Of a DNA stretch of 64,000 bases, positions 1 through 10,741 are shown piece by piece; the stretch's first letter is position 1, and each line of letters starts with the position of its first letter. Source of the DNA: Winogradskyella sp. (GTDB taxonomy: Bacteria > Bacteroidota > Bacteroidia > Flavobacteriales > Flavobacteriaceae); contig CBDDLD010000004.1 in assembly GCA_965230605.1 (NCBI GenBank), forward strand, positions 181,768-245,767, read 5' to 3'. Under the pieces are notes generated by a model. That model ran no database searches, had not been told where the DNA came from, and saw nothing but the letters and a program-made list of their open reading frames with translations. The position numbers and the translations under genes were made by a program.

Positions 1-8
1 TCCAATTT

Positions 9-83
9 CGGGATGTGGCGCAGCCCGGTTAGCGCGCACGGCTGGGGGCCGTGAGGTCGCAGGTTCAAATCCTGTCATCCCGA
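9..83 (+). tRNA. tRNA-Pro (anticodon GGG)
   Basis: Cloverleaf folds by eye. Acceptor cgggatg/catcccg, D-stem gcgc/gcgc, anticodon stem cacgg/ccgtg with loop ctGGGgg, T-arm gcagg-ttcaaat-cctgt, discriminator A. No encoded CCA. Confidence 0.75.
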
Positions 84-321
84 CAAGTTAAAACAAGAAT
101 CATGCGTAGAGAGTTAACTTTCTTAAGCATGATTTGAAGTTTTATCATAATTAAAACGCTGTTTTAATTTGTAGCAGACACGATGAAAAAGGATTCTAAA
201 AATCTAACTTTATATATCATCTAAAAAGTACAATAAACGGTACTGTTTTTATAGGTTTAAAGCGCTCAAAATCGTAAATTTGTAGGTACACAAATTGCCC
301 TCCGGGCGTTAACTAAATCAG

Positions 322-1596
322 ATGAATATTCCGGATATAGATCTTCCAAGAATTGTGGTCATTGGAGGTGGATTTGCTGGATTACAAATTGCAAAGCATA
401 TTGATGTCGACCACTACCAATTAGTACTTGTAGATAAAAATAATTACCACACATTTCAGCCTTTATTATACCAAGTCGCCTCTACGGGTTTAGAGCCTGA
501 TTCTATTGCATATCCATTACGTAAGACTATAAGTGATCGAAAACATAGTTATTATCGATTGGCTGAGGTAACGTATATAGATAGAACTAAGTCAATAGTA
601 GAAACTAATATAGGTACACTTAAGTATGATATTCTGATTATTGCCACAGGTGCAGAGAACAATTTCTTTAATAATGAAGATATTGAGACCAACGCATTGC
701 CTATGAAATCACTAACAGATGCCTTGAACCTGCGTAGCAAGGTATTGGGCAATTTTGAAAAGGCACTAAATACTAATGATTTAGATCGAAGAGAAGAGCT
801 GATGAATTTCGTTATTGTTGGTGCGGGACCAACAGGAGTAGAATTAGCAGGAGCATTAGCAGAACTTAGAAACAAAGTGCTTCCCAAAGATTACCCTGAT
901 TTGGATTTAAGACGAATGAAGATTAATCTTATCGAGGCAGCTCCCAGAGTACTTGCAAGTATGAGTGAGAAGTCCTCAGAGAAAACACATCAGTATCTCA
1001 AAAAGCTAGGTGTTTATATCTGGACAGATACATTTGTTGAAGGCTATAAAGACAATAAAGTAAGTACCAATAAGGAAGTAAGCTTTAATGCAGATACCCT
1101 TATATGGGCTGCTGGTGTTATGGGAACTTTCCCCGAAGGAATACATGCTGATCAGTTAGGTAGAGGGCGACGTATTATTACAGATGAGTTCTGTAAGATG
1201 AAATCTTCTGATAATGTTTATGTGCTTGGCGATGCAGGCATCATTCAATCCGAAACTTATCCGGAAGGTTTACCAATGCTAGCTTCTGTAGCGATGCAAC
1301 AAGGAGCTTATTTAGCCAAGTCATTAAACAGAACAGCATTAAAAAAATCAATAAAACCTTTTGTTTATAACGATAAAGGGACCATGGCAACTATTGGTAG
1401 GAATAGAGCCGTTGCAGAAATAAAGCGATTCAAATTTCAAGGTGTGATGGCCTGGTTCGTATGGATGTTTGTACATCTAATGCTATTAGTTGGCTATAGA
1501 AATCGGATGGTCGTTTTCATTAATTGGGCATGGAACTACATACGTTATAATAACAGTCTAAGATTGATTGTTAGGCCTTTTGAAAGAAGAGGTTAA
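322..1596 (+). CDS. ndh: Type II NADH:quinone oxidoreductase (NDH-2), FAD-dependent pyridine nucleotide-disulfide oxidoreductase
   Basis: N-terminal Rossmann motif IVVIGGGFAGL, a second dinucleotide motif VIVGAGPTGVELAG, 424 aa, typical NDH-2 architecture. Confidence 0.8.
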   Translation: MNIPDIDLPRIVVIGGGFAGLQIAKHIDVDHYQLVLVDKNNYHTFQPLLYQVASTGLEPDSIAYPLRKTISDRKHSYYRLAEVTYIDRTKSIVETNIGTLKYDILIIATGAENNFFNNEDIETNALPMKSLTDALNLRSKVLGNFEKALNTNDLDRREELMNFVIVGAGPTGVELAGALAELRNKVLPKDYPDLDLRRMKINLIEAAPRVLASMSEKSSEKTHQYLKKLGVYIWTDTFVEGYKDNKVSTNKEVSFNADTLIWAAGVMGTFPEGIHADQLGRGRRIITDEFCKMKSSDNVYVLGDAGIIQSETYPEGLPMLASVAMQQGAYLAKSLNRTALKKSIKPFVYNDKGTMATIGRNRAVAEIKRFKFQGVMAWFVWMFVHLMLLVGYRNRMVVFINWAWNYIRYNNSLRLIVRPFERRG

Positions 1597-1793
1597 TCTT
1601 TTTTATTAAAAATGTCTATACCTATTAACCGAAATATAATTAGAGATAAAGGAATAGATAGTGGAACGATTAATTTCTCAAAAAAATCACCAATACTTTC
1701 AATTTTATGCGAGGGCATTAGCCATAGCATAATAAATATTATAATTAAAAAAATTAAGTAGGGATAATAATCTGGGGTCTTTTTCTTTTTCAT
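1593..1793 (-). CDS. Small hypothetical membrane protein (66 aa)
   Basis: ORF with a hydrophobic core (LIFLIIIFIMLWLM). No recognisable family. Overlaps the ndh stop by 4 nt. Confidence 0.2.
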   Translation of the reverse strand: MKKKKTPDYYPYLIFLIIIFIMLWLMPSHKIESIGDFFEKLIVPLSIPLSLIIFRLIGIDIFNKKD

Positions 1794-1963
1794 TTTTGAT
1801 CATATGAATTAATTAATACCTAAAGATAAATCAGCAATGATCAAAATCGTATGAAATGCAAATAAATTCGATGAAATGTATTTTATTTGAAAGACTAATC
1901 TTACTTATCGGATTTGACAGTAGGAAAAATCATTCACTATTTTGATAGGTCGATAATTAACAA

Positions 1964-2935
1964 TTAGAAAGCAATTTCTCGTTCTGAATTGTATTTTAAT
2001 TTTAGCTGCTTAATCATCTCTGCTGTCATATCCTCTAGATCATATTGAGGTCGCCAACCCCAATCGATCATGGCCTGACTGTCATCTATAGACTGAGGCC
2101 AAGTATCAGCAATGTCTTGTCTAAAATCTGGTTTATAGGTTATTGTAAAATCCGGAATGTGTTTTTTGATGGCTTCAAATACTTCTTTAGGTGTAAAGTT
2201 AGTAGATGCTAAATTGTAGCTAGAACGTATTTTTACACTATTAGAAGGTGCTTCCATAAGTTCAATGGTTGCTTTTATGGCATCTTCCATGAACATCATT
2301 GGCAACCTAGTGTTTTCAGACAAAAAGCAATCGTAATGACCATCGGTGATAGCTTTGTGATAAATTTCAACGGCGTAGTCTGTAGTTCCACCTCCTGGCA
2401 TAGTTTTATAACTAATAATGCCCGGATACCTAATACTACGGACATCAACATTATAATTTTTATGATAGTACTCACACCAACGCTCACCAACCTGTTTGGT
2501 AATACCATACACAGTAGTAGGCTCACACACGGCATGTTGTGGTGTTTTTACCTGCTTCGTAGTTGGGCCAAATACGGCAATACTAGAAGGCCAAAACACC
2601 TTAGAAATAAGACCTTCTTTAGCTAAATTAAGGACATTAAAGAGCGAAGTCATGTTCAGATTCCAAGCTTTCATAGGATACTTTTCACCAGTGGCACTCA
2701 GCATGGCAGCCATGAGATAGATCGTATCTACATCATAATGCTTCACACAGGCTTTTATGGCATCATAATCTTTAGCATCTATAATCTCAAAAGGACCTGA
2801 ATGTACTAAGACTTCATTTTTATTATTTATGTCAGAAGCCACAACATTGTCGACACCATGTTGGGCACGCAATGCATAGGTTAATTCAGAGCCGATTTGA
2901 CCAGCAGCACCAATGATTAATATTTTAGAAGGCAT
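1964..2935 (-). CDS. NAD-dependent epimerase/dehydratase family protein (L-threonine 3-dehydrogenase-like, extended SDR)
   Basis: N-terminal GxxGxxG motif ILIIGAAGQIGSEL, 323 aa, and a YxxxK-type region (YGITKQVGE) typical of extended SDRs. Confidence 0.65.
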   Translation of the reverse strand: MPSKILIIGAAGQIGSELTYALRAQHGVDNVVASDINNKNEVLVHSGPFEIIDAKDYDAIKACVKHYDVDTIYLMAAMLSATGEKYPMKAWNLNMTSLFNVLNLAKEGLISKVFWPSSIAVFGPTTKQVKTPQHAVCEPTTVYGITKQVGERWCEYYHKNYNVDVRSIRYPGIISYKTMPGGGTTDYAVEIYHKAITDGHYDCFLSENTRLPMMFMEDAIKATIELMEAPSNSVKIRSSYNLASTNFTPKEVFEAIKKHIPDFTITYKPDFRQDIADTWPQSIDDSQAMIDWGWRPQYDLEDMTAEMIKQLKLKYNSEREIAF

Positions 2936-3140
2936 TTGGGTAAATTTATGTGATTATCAAAAATACTAAGAATATTGGCATGTATTTGTAAAAGTTTTCA
3001 AAAAATAACCTTAAAAATTATCAATATCTTATTTTGTTATAAGAGTACTAATTATAACTATCTATGATTCAAAAGCTTGAAAATAATAAAGATTCAATCT
3101 TAGAGTTTACTTATATTTACACCTTATTGATATTTCCGTT

Positions 3141-3665
3141 ATGAAGTTTAAAATCTACTTCTTTAGTGCTTTGTTCTTATTGGTGGCTTGCAATACATCC
3201 AATGAATCTTCAGAAGATGATACTCAAACACAATCTGAAGCACAATTACCTGAAATTACAGTTAGGGATATTGAAGCCTTAAAATATGATGATTATGTAT
3301 TGAGTGATGCTTCTAGCCAAGCAACATCTAATTGGCAAAAATTTCAAGAACTATCTAGTCAGGTCGAATTTTTAAAGAAAGCCGATCTTAGCTTTTTCAA
3401 AAGTGAAAAGCAAACGCTATTGAGTTTAATGACTGATTTGAAAAATGAAATCCCGGAGGTCATTAATACTAACCCTGTAAGTTCTAGAATCTTAGTTTTA
3501 GAAACCAAATTGCTTAAGCTTCAAAATAGTTTAACGATCTCTAATATTTCTAAAGAGGAAAAATTACAGGATATTATGGATCTGCTAATCGCATTTTCAA
3601 ACCTTAACCTTCACATTAATAAAAAGTTAGAGTTTGACGCCAACGACGTGGAGCGTCCAGAATGA
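3141..3665 (+). CDS. Hypothetical lipoprotein
   Basis: Signal peptide with lipobox (LLVAC) followed by an acidic Ser/Thr-rich region. No family recognised. Confidence 0.45.
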   Translation: MKFKIYFFSALFLLVACNTSNESSEDDTQTQSEAQLPEITVRDIEALKYDDYVLSDASSQATSNWQKFQELSSQVEFLKKADLSFFKSEKQTLLSLMTDLKNEIPEVINTNPVSSRILVLETKLLKLQNSLTISNISKEEKLQDIMDLLIAFSNLNLHINKKLEFDANDVERPE

Positions 3666-3778
3666 TGAAAAACAGGAGTGTTAAAATGTCTTAAACTTTT
3701 GTTAAGATGTAACAATTTTAAGATTCATCCTTCTTATTAATAAGTAAATTTAATTCGAATTAATCAATAAAACGTATT

Positions 3779-5845
3779 ATGAAAACCAATCTTAGTCGCA
3801 TTTTGGCGATATCAGGAATGGCATTCTTTACTATTGTTGCATGTAAAGATGATGCCAAGAAAGATACTGCCTTAGCAGAAGAGAAGATTCCAGGAATTAT
3901 CTTGGAGAATATGGACACAAATGTAAGTCCGAAAGACAATTTCTATGACTATGTTAATGGAAATTGGATGAAAACTAATACGATTCCAGATGACGAGTCA
4001 CGTTGGGGTGGTTTTGGTGTGTTGCGTAAATCTACAAGAAAAGATGTTCTGGATATCATCAACACATCTAAAGAATTAGGAACCTATAAGGAAGGTTCAG
4101 ACCAGCAAAAAGCACTTTTAATTTTTGAATCTGAATTAGATACCATTGCAAGAAATAAAGCTGGTATTGATCCAATACGCCCTATGTTAAAAGCTATTGA
4201 TGGGATTAATAACTTAGAAGATATGCAAACGGTTTTTGCTACAACTTTGGGAGTAAGTGCACCTTTTGCAGGAATTGGTGCTAACCCAGATCTTAATGAT
4301 AGTAGCATGAACACAGCATGGGTATTTCCAGGTGGTTTAGGACTACAAAGAGATTATTATGTAGACCAGGATAGCAAGACTAAAGAAATCAGAGGGCAAT
4401 ATGTAGATCATATTGCAAGAATGCTTCAGTTTATAGAGTATAGTGAAGCAGATGCTAAAGCTGCGGCATCTAAAATTCTTGACCTTGAAACACAATTAGC
4501 AACCCCTCGATTAGATAAAGTACAAAGTAGAGATATCCGTAATTTCAATAACCCAACGGCTTTAGGTGATCTTCAGGCAATGGCGCCTGCAATAAACTGG
4601 CAAAAGTTTATTGATGATATGGGTATTGAAAAGAAACTAGATACCGTATTAGTGATGCAACCTAAGTATATGAAGTCCATGAACGATTTCTTGACGTCTA
4701 CAAGTATCGATGACATTAAAACCTTAATGACATGGAGCACGTTAAATAATGCTGCTGGATTCTTGACAACAGACATGAATAAAGCCAATTGGGAGTTTTA
4801 TAGCCAAACACTCCGCGGAGCAAAAGCTCAACGTCCTGCTGAGGACAGAGCCTTAGGGACTGTTAATGGTACTGTAGGTGAGGCTATCGGTCAATTATAT
4901 GTTCAGGCTAAATTCCCACCAGAAGCTAAAGAAAAAGCTGAAAAAATGATTGCTAATGTGATCAAGGCTTTCCAAATCCGTATTGAGAAATTAGATTGGA
5001 TGAGTGAAGAAACCAAAGCTAAAGCTATTGAAAAGTTAGATAAGTTTACCGTTAAGATCGCTTACCCAGACGAATGGAGAGACTACTCTGAGATGATGGT
5101 GAAAGAAGGGAATAGCTATGCAGAAAATATGATGGCGGTAGGTGAGTGGAGCTTAAAAGAAAACTTATCTGAAATTAATGAGCCGGTAGATAAATCACGT
5201 TGGGGCATGTCACCGCAGACGGTTAATGCGTATTTCAATCCTTTAAACAATGAAATCGTTTTCCCAGCGGCAATCTTACAACCCCCTTTCTATAACTACA
5301 CAGCAGATGAAGCTGTAAACTATGGTGGTATAGGCGCAGTTATTGGCCATGAGATTTCTCATGCATTTGATGATTCTGGTGCACGTTTTGATGCAGATGG
5401 TAACGTAAATAACTGGTGGACACCAGAAGATCTTGAAGAGTTTACTAAAAGAGGAAATGCTTTAGTTGAACAATATGATGCTATTGAAGTTTTAGATAGC
5501 GTTTATATTAATGGTAAGTTCACATTAGGAGAAAACATTGGAGATTTAGGTGGTGTATTAGGAGCTTATGATGGACTACAATTATATTTTGACGAAAATG
5601 GAAGACCTGGTAAGATAGATGGATTTACGCCAGAGCAGCGTTTCTTTATGTCTTGGGCGACCGTATGGAGAACATTGATAAGAGAGGATGCGTTACGTAC
5701 TCAAATAAAAACAGATCCACATTCTCCCGGAAGATACAGAGCAACGCAACCACTTAAAAATGTTGATGCGTTCTATGAAGCGTTTGATATTAAAGAAGGT
5801 GATGCAATGTACTTACCACCAGAAAAGCGTGTAAGAATTTGGTAA
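3779..5845 (+). CDS. M13 family zinc metallopeptidase (neprilysin/PepO-like endopeptidase), lipoprotein
   Basis: HEISHAFDD zinc-binding HExxH motif, NAYY/NAYF motif, C-terminal ENIGDLGG motif, and a signal peptide with lipobox (IVAC). 688 aa. Confidence 0.85.
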   Translation: MKTNLSRILAISGMAFFTIVACKDDAKKDTALAEEKIPGIILENMDTNVSPKDNFYDYVNGNWMKTNTIPDDESRWGGFGVLRKSTRKDVLDIINTSKELGTYKEGSDQQKALLIFESELDTIARNKAGIDPIRPMLKAIDGINNLEDMQTVFATTLGVSAPFAGIGANPDLNDSSMNTAWVFPGGLGLQRDYYVDQDSKTKEIRGQYVDHIARMLQFIEYSEADAKAAASKILDLETQLATPRLDKVQSRDIRNFNNPTALGDLQAMAPAINWQKFIDDMGIEKKLDTVLVMQPKYMKSMNDFLTSTSIDDIKTLMTWSTLNNAAGFLTTDMNKANWEFYSQTLRGAKAQRPAEDRALGTVNGTVGEAIGQLYVQAKFPPEAKEKAEKMIANVIKAFQIRIEKLDWMSEETKAKAIEKLDKFTVKIAYPDEWRDYSEMMVKEGNSYAENMMAVGEWSLKENLSEINEPVDKSRWGMSPQTVNAYFNPLNNEIVFPAAILQPPFYNYTADEAVNYGGIGAVIGHEISHAFDDSGARFDADGNVNNWWTPEDLEEFTKRGNALVEQYDAIEVLDSVYINGKFTLGENIGDLGGVLGAYDGLQLYFDENGRPGKIDGFTPEQRFFMSWATVWRTLIREDALRTQIKTDPHSPGRYRATQPLKNVDAFYEAFDIKEGDAMYLPPEKRVRIW

Positions 5846-5867
5846 TACAAGACCAATATATACAAAT

Positions 5868-5900
5868 AAAAAAGCCAGCTAAATGCTGGCTTTTTTATTT
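5868..5900. terminator. Bidirectional rho-independent terminator between convergent genes
   Basis: aaaaaGCCAGCtaaatGCTGGCtttttt, a GC-rich hairpin flanked by an A-run and a T-run. Confidence 0.7.
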
Positions 5901-5916
5901 TAAATTATCTAGGATT

Positions 5917-6603
5917 TTAGTTTTGAGCTTTTTTACTTTCAAGAGCTTCTCTACTCAACTTTGCCATATTAAAATTAGGATCAAGAGCTAAGGCGTCATT
6001 AACTAATTTTAAAGCCTGATCTAAATTTGCTGTTTGATTTTCTTTGAATAACACAATGCCTTTTAAGTAAAATAAAGCTGCCTTTAAAGGTGTTTGATAG
6101 GGTTGTTGTCTCTCATAAAACACACGTGTCATATCATCTTTTACATTAGCCAAGCCATACTCAATTTTAGCTTTTGCACCAGCCAAATCATCTGTTTGTG
6201 CCATTAAATCAGCGATCTCATATGCTAATGCAGAATTTGGCTTTCTAGTAAATAATACGTTATAGTGATCAATGGCCATTTTGGGCTGATTTAGATTCTT
6301 CAGAGCTATGGCTTTAACTTCAACATTCATATCAGAATCCGTAGCATTTTTTTCAACACCAATGGTATTTAATGCTTGTAAATATTTGCCATCTGATACA
6401 TATAAGTAAGCCAATGTATCTTTTCGTTCTGTGGAAGGTGCCAGAACATCTAAGTGGGTTAAAGCATTAATTACACCCTGAATATCACCTTGCTTTTTCA
6501 TTTGCTTGTAAAAAGCTTCATAGTGCTTTATAAGATCATCGTTAGTTTGGGAAAATGCACCAACCGACATTATCATTAATACTGCAATTGTAATCTGTTT
6601 CAT
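5917..6603 (-). CDS. TPR repeat protein, secreted
   Basis: Signal peptide and repeated A/L/Y-rich 34-residue units typical of TPR. Confidence 0.55.
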   Translation of the reverse strand: MKQITIAVLMIMSVGAFSQTNDDLIKHYEAFYKQMKKQGDIQGVINALTHLDVLAPSTERKDTLAYLYVSDGKYLQALNTIGVEKNATDSDMNVEVKAIALKNLNQPKMAIDHYNVLFTRKPNSALAYEIADLMAQTDDLAGAKAKIEYGLANVKDDMTRVFYERQQPYQTPLKAALFYLKGIVLFKENQTANLDQALKLVNDALALDPNFNMAKLSREALESKKAQN

Positions 6604-6697
6604 TGTTCTATTGTATTTGCTATGTTATTAGGTCTTGATTTAGATGGGCTAAAACTATAAAAATTAATGATATAAGTTCTTAAAAAGATACTAATTT

Positions 6698-7507
6698 CTA
6701 CAGCTGCTCTTTGAAACTATATCCCAAAAGTTGTACCAGTTTTGAAGTGTCGATGAGTTTCCCTACACTCTGCTGTTTAGTATTGTAGAGAGGCGTAGGA
6801 ATGCCTAAAGCATTGCAAACATTAGTATAGTAAGATTGTTTATTAGGGTGATAAGGGTAGGCTAGATTAAAAGTAGAACCCCATATATCATTTGTAATAA
6901 CAGTGGTAATAGCAGTAATAGCATCTAGTTTATGAATGAGGTTGACCGGAGCTTCACCGTTTTTTAATTCTGTTTTTCCCGACAAGAATCTGGCTGGATG
7001 TCTTTGGTCATCAAATAAACCAGACATGCGTATAATTGTAGTTTTAAAAGGAGAGGTCTGCTTTAGAAATTGTTCAATTTCTATGAGCTGTTTTGCATTT
7101 ATAGAGGTGCCATTTGGAGGGATGTCATCATTGATAATTGCAAAAGGAAAAACATCCTCATAAACTGAAGTTGAACTAATAAAAAGCACGTTTGTTAAGC
7201 CTTCATGTTTAATATACCTAGTTAAACTTTGGATTTCAGATACATGGTTTTTCTCCGGATTTCTTCTCAATCCCGGAGGAATATTGATAATCATGGTACC
7301 ACTTCCAGATAAAAATCCTGAAATATCGCCAGTAATGGTGCCATTATCAAGTGTAATCACATAAGGACTAACTCCATTAGATTTCAATATGTCTACTTTC
7401 GATGAACTGGTTGTAGACCCCTTTATAGTATAACCCAACTCATGAAGCTGTTTGGCTAAAGGTAAGCCTAACCAGCCACAACCAATAATGCTGATTTGTT
7501 TATTCAA
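6698..7507 (-). CDS. NAD(P)-binding Rossmann-fold oxidoreductase/epimerase-like protein
   Basis: N-terminal ISIIGCGWLGLPLAKQL dinucleotide-binding motif. Overlaps the upstream M28 gene stop by 8 nt, suggesting an operon. Confidence 0.5.
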   Translation of the reverse strand: MNKQISIIGCGWLGLPLAKQLHELGYTIKGSTTSSSKVDILKSNGVSPYVITLDNGTITGDISGFLSGSGTMIINIPPGLRRNPEKNHVSEIQSLTRYIKHEGLTNVLFISSTSVYEDVFPFAIINDDIPPNGTSINAKQLIEIEQFLKQTSPFKTTIIRMSGLFDDQRHPARFLSGKTELKNGEAPVNLIHKLDAITAITTVITNDIWGSTFNLAYPYHPNKQSYYTNVCNALGIPTPLYNTKQQSVGKLIDTSKLVQLLGYSFKEQL

Positions 7508-9797
7508 TTGCGATGCTCTTTTTCACAATTACCGCATCATTAAGTATAAATGGTTTTGGTATCATATCTGCCGGACGTCTTGGAACTTTTAGCAGAGGAT
7601 GGTCAATAAGGTCAAAAGAAGATTCATAAATCTCCATGGTTGTTTTCTGATCTGCTGGAACTGAAAACTCAAGATCAATGGAATTCCCATCAGGAACGTA
7701 ATATGTAAAAAGCCTATTACGCCATCGGTTTCCGAATGCGGTTTTAGATTTACCACTTTTTTTGATATCCAAACCATTTATCTTACAGTCATAGTAGACA
7801 TTTGTAGTGTCTGAAAATACCTCTATACGGCTCACCTGACGTTGTGAAGCCATATACAATCTTAGATGACGTTTATCATCAATAATGGAATCAAATAAAA
7901 TTTCAAATGTAGGTTGAGGAATGTTTCTAGCTTCTGCTTTTCTACTATAAGTGAATTGTGTATTGTACTTACTTCCAATAGTATTCTTGTTTAATGCCTT
8001 ATCGTCTTTCGGATCATCAGACAGATAGGCTTTAGTCCATGGGTCTAACAAATTATCATATGTTGCCCAAATAGCGGTGCTGTCATCAGCGTTTAAAACA
8101 TAAACTAGGCTATTAGGTTTTGGTCGTTTTTCATTAAAACTGGATTGGAAATGTGCAGTAATAAAAAATACGAAACTGATTGTAAAGCATAAATACGCCC
8201 ATCTGTTTTTATGCCTGAAATATGAAAAAACAGGAACTGTAAGTGAAAATATTAAGGTTACTAATAGTGTTGATGCTACGATTAGACCAAGTCCTAATCC
8301 TACAGGAAACATTTTTACAAAAGGCGACATAATTAGCAGTACCGGAAGAGATAAGAATGTTAAAAGGTAAAGATTAGACTTATGTTGGCGTGTTATCACA
8401 AAAAGTGTAATAAGCGCAAATATTACAGGGATAATAAAGAAACTAGCCCCTTTTAATTTGAAAGCGAATGCGCCACATAGAATCAACCAAAAGAATATAG
8501 GAGCCACCAACAAGTTTCCGGCATTTTTAGGCTTATGGAATTTATGATAAACAAATAGACAAATGCCAATAGCTAAGAATGCAAAAGCCCAGATATAGGC
8601 ATGTCCATTGTAGGTGAACCCATGAAGGATCTCATCATATCCGGGATATATAGCTTTTAAAAGTACCCATCCCAAATACCCGACAGCGACATTAACTACA
8701 AGGGCTATTAAAAACGGTAAAAACCCTTTACCCATTTCAGGAAGTGTTAACCTACTTTTTTTAATTCCGTAATAGATTAAAAATAGGAAAACCAATACGG
8801 AGAGTATAAACATGGGGAATATTAATGAAAACGGATAAGTGACTGTCTTAAATAGTGGCATATTAAAATAGATGTCGTCACTTTCACTTTTCATATTATT
8901 CAGATTCGCATCCGCGAAATAGTGTAAAGTTGACATCATATAATTAGCCTGATGTGCCAACGTGGTTCGGTCTAGCCGTTCGTAGGTGTCCAAAGCAGTG
9001 TGATAATCGAAATGATCATCTATAAACGCAAAATTAAAACCTTCAATATCACCGTCTTCTCTAAAACGTGTGAGATCAGTATCGTTTGGTAATAGCTTAT
9101 AAATACTATAAGCTAATGAGTTAGCTACCGGATAATCTGGGTTGGCCTCAACAAATCCCTTCATCATATTTCTATTACCACCATTGGTTTCTATAAGCAT
9201 ATAACTAGGTCCGCCACTTCCTCTGGCTTCAAAATTTAGAACAAGACCAACATCTTTGGCCCAAGGGTGTTTATTTACAAAAAGATCTGCACCATTCAAT
9301 CCTAATTCTTCAGCATCGCTTATTAAAACAATGATATCATTCTTAGGTTTTTTGCCACTTTCTAAATAAGCACGTAATCCCTCTAAAATAGTTACCACAC
9401 CAGACCCCGCATCACTAGCACCATAGGACGAATGCGGGCTACTATCATAATGGGTTAACACCATTAATGCTTTGCTACTGTCTGACCCTTCAATCCTAGC
9501 CAAGATATTTCTCGGTTTGGTCATATTACCCCATTTGCTAATGCTATAACCTTCTTGAATTTCAACAGTTAACCCTAAGGCTTCTAATTGCTTAACGATG
9601 TAGCCTCTAACGCTAGCATGTGCATTATTTCCAACAAAGTGAGGAGCTTTGGATATAACATCTAAGTGAGATAAAGCACGTTCAACAGAAAATGAAGCCT
9701 TGTCTTTAGCTTTAGGAACCGAACTTGGTTTTAATGCTGAAAAACTGAGGTATACCGATAGAATGAGTACTAATAGTACAATGGATTTTTTTAGCAT
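7500..9797 (-). CDS. M28 family peptidase with C-terminal polytopic membrane domain
   Basis: N-terminal peptidase region (HYDS, DAEELGLNGA, FEARGSGG motifs typical of M28 aminopeptidases) followed by about 9 predicted TM helices. Confidence 0.7.
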   Translation of the reverse strand: MLKKSIVLLVLILSVYLSFSALKPSSVPKAKDKASFSVERALSHLDVISKAPHFVGNNAHASVRGYIVKQLEALGLTVEIQEGYSISKWGNMTKPRNILARIEGSDSSKALMVLTHYDSSPHSSYGASDAGSGVVTILEGLRAYLESGKKPKNDIIVLISDAEELGLNGADLFVNKHPWAKDVGLVLNFEARGSGGPSYMLIETNGGNRNMMKGFVEANPDYPVANSLAYSIYKLLPNDTDLTRFREDGDIEGFNFAFIDDHFDYHTALDTYERLDRTTLAHQANYMMSTLHYFADANLNNMKSESDDIYFNMPLFKTVTYPFSLIFPMFILSVLVFLFLIYYGIKKSRLTLPEMGKGFLPFLIALVVNVAVGYLGWVLLKAIYPGYDEILHGFTYNGHAYIWAFAFLAIGICLFVYHKFHKPKNAGNLLVAPIFFWLILCGAFAFKLKGASFFIIPVIFALITLFVITRQHKSNLYLLTFLSLPVLLIMSPFVKMFPVGLGLGLIVASTLLVTLIFSLTVPVFSYFRHKNRWAYLCFTISFVFFITAHFQSSFNEKRPKPNSLVYVLNADDSTAIWATYDNLLDPWTKAYLSDDPKDDKALNKNTIGSKYNTQFTYSRKAEARNIPQPTFEILFDSIIDDKRHLRLYMASQRQVSRIEVFSDTTNVYYDCKINGLDIKKSGKSKTAFGNRWRNRLFTYYVPDGNSIDLEFSVPADQKTTMEIYESSFDLIDHPLLKVPRRPADMIPKPFILNDAVIVKKSIAIE

Positions 9798-9905
9798 AAT
9801 TTTGATGGTGTTAGTTGATATCTAAAAATACAAAATAATATCTCTATTGCTTAAGTGTTTAATTTTCAGTAACTTTAAAAAGAATCATACTAAATAATTA
9901 AAATC

Positions 9906-10394
9906 ATGGGTATTAAAAGTTTTCAAGGTGCTCGTAAGCAACAAGCTCAGAGTACGGTTGCCTCTGCTCCATTAAAAGTTAAAGACTACATGACAACGAA
10001 CCTCATAACTTTTAGACCTGAACAATCGGTGCAAGAAGTTGTAGAAGCGTTGATAAAGTTTAAGATCTCCGGGGGACCAGTAGTTAATGAGAAGAAAGAA
10101 CTTGTGGGGATTATTTCTGAAGGAGATTGTCTAAAACAATTAAGTGAGAGTCGTTATTACAATATGCCATTAGAACATGATAATGTCGAAAAGCGTATGG
10201 CTACAAATGTTGAAACCATAGATGGTAACATGGATGTGTTTGATGCAGCAAATAAGTTTTTGAACTCTAAGCGACGTCGTTTTCCTATTGTAGAAAATGG
10301 AAAACTGGTAGGGCAGATCAGTCAGAAAGATATTTTAAAGGCTGCCCTTCAACTTAAAGGCCAGAATTGGAATAGTACTGTCAAGGGCGTTTAG
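9906..10394 (+). CDS. CBS domain-containing protein
   Basis: Tandem CBS-pair pattern (GGPVVNEKKELVGIISEGD ... FPIVENGKLVGQISQKDIL). Confidence 0.7.
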   Translation: MGIKSFQGARKQQAQSTVASAPLKVKDYMTTNLITFRPEQSVQEVVEALIKFKISGGPVVNEKKELVGIISEGDCLKQLSESRYYNMPLEHDNVEKRMATNVETIDGNMDVFDAANKFLNSKRRRFPIVENGKLVGQISQKDILKAALQLKGQNWNSTVKGV

Positions 10395-10741
10395 CGCTCG
10401 CGTTTTACCAAAGCATAATAATCGCCTTCTAAAGGAAGGTAACCTTGGTCATACACAAAATAGTATACCGTACCGGCCTTTGTGGTATAGATACTTGTAA
10501 AGTAATTAAAATCGAACCCTTGTTCTATAAGCTTTGCTCTAGAGACTTTGGTTTTTTGGTGTGGATTCAATCCCTCTAAAATGCGATAGTTTTTACGCAG
10601 TCTGTTATTGGTATTTCTGATGAGGTTCTTAGAATCTTTATTAATTCGGTTGTTATAGGTGTTTCTACAGCCATCATTGCAGAACTTCTTGTCTATTCTA
10701 CCTACAATCTTTTCCCCACATTCAAGACATTGTTTTTGCAT
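10391..10741 (-). CDS. Hypothetical Cys4 zinc-ribbon protein
   Basis: N-terminal CLECG...CNDGC motif. Conserved hypothetical. Overlaps the upstream GNAT gene by 20 nt. Confidence 0.4.
   Translation of the reverse strand: MQKQCLECGEKIVGRIDKKFCNDGCRNTYNNRINKDSKNLIRNTNNRLRKNYRILEGLNPHQKTKVSRAKLIEQGFDFNYFTSIYTTKAGTVYYFVYDQGYLPLEGDYYALVKRER

Noticed and set aside
552-887. Antisense or nested ORFs inside large genes (e.g. 552..887, 2296..2535, 2336..2626, 2496..2720, 4084..4314, 4573..4788, 6936..7163, 7589..7777, 11464..11655, 13191..13373, 17777..18019, 21906..22106, 26315..26704, 27107..27310, 35081..35359, 36825..37013, 37661..37921, 38432..38746, 39556..40019, 41025..41315, 43721..43993, 45313..45525, 47314..47748, 49783..49968, 52603..52791, 53546..54031, 57644..57901, 60629..62485)
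   Set aside because: Each is fully embedded in, or antisense to, a longer ORF with clear family motifs. Their compositions are low-complexity or hydrophobic, typical of the non-coding frames of AT-rich genes.
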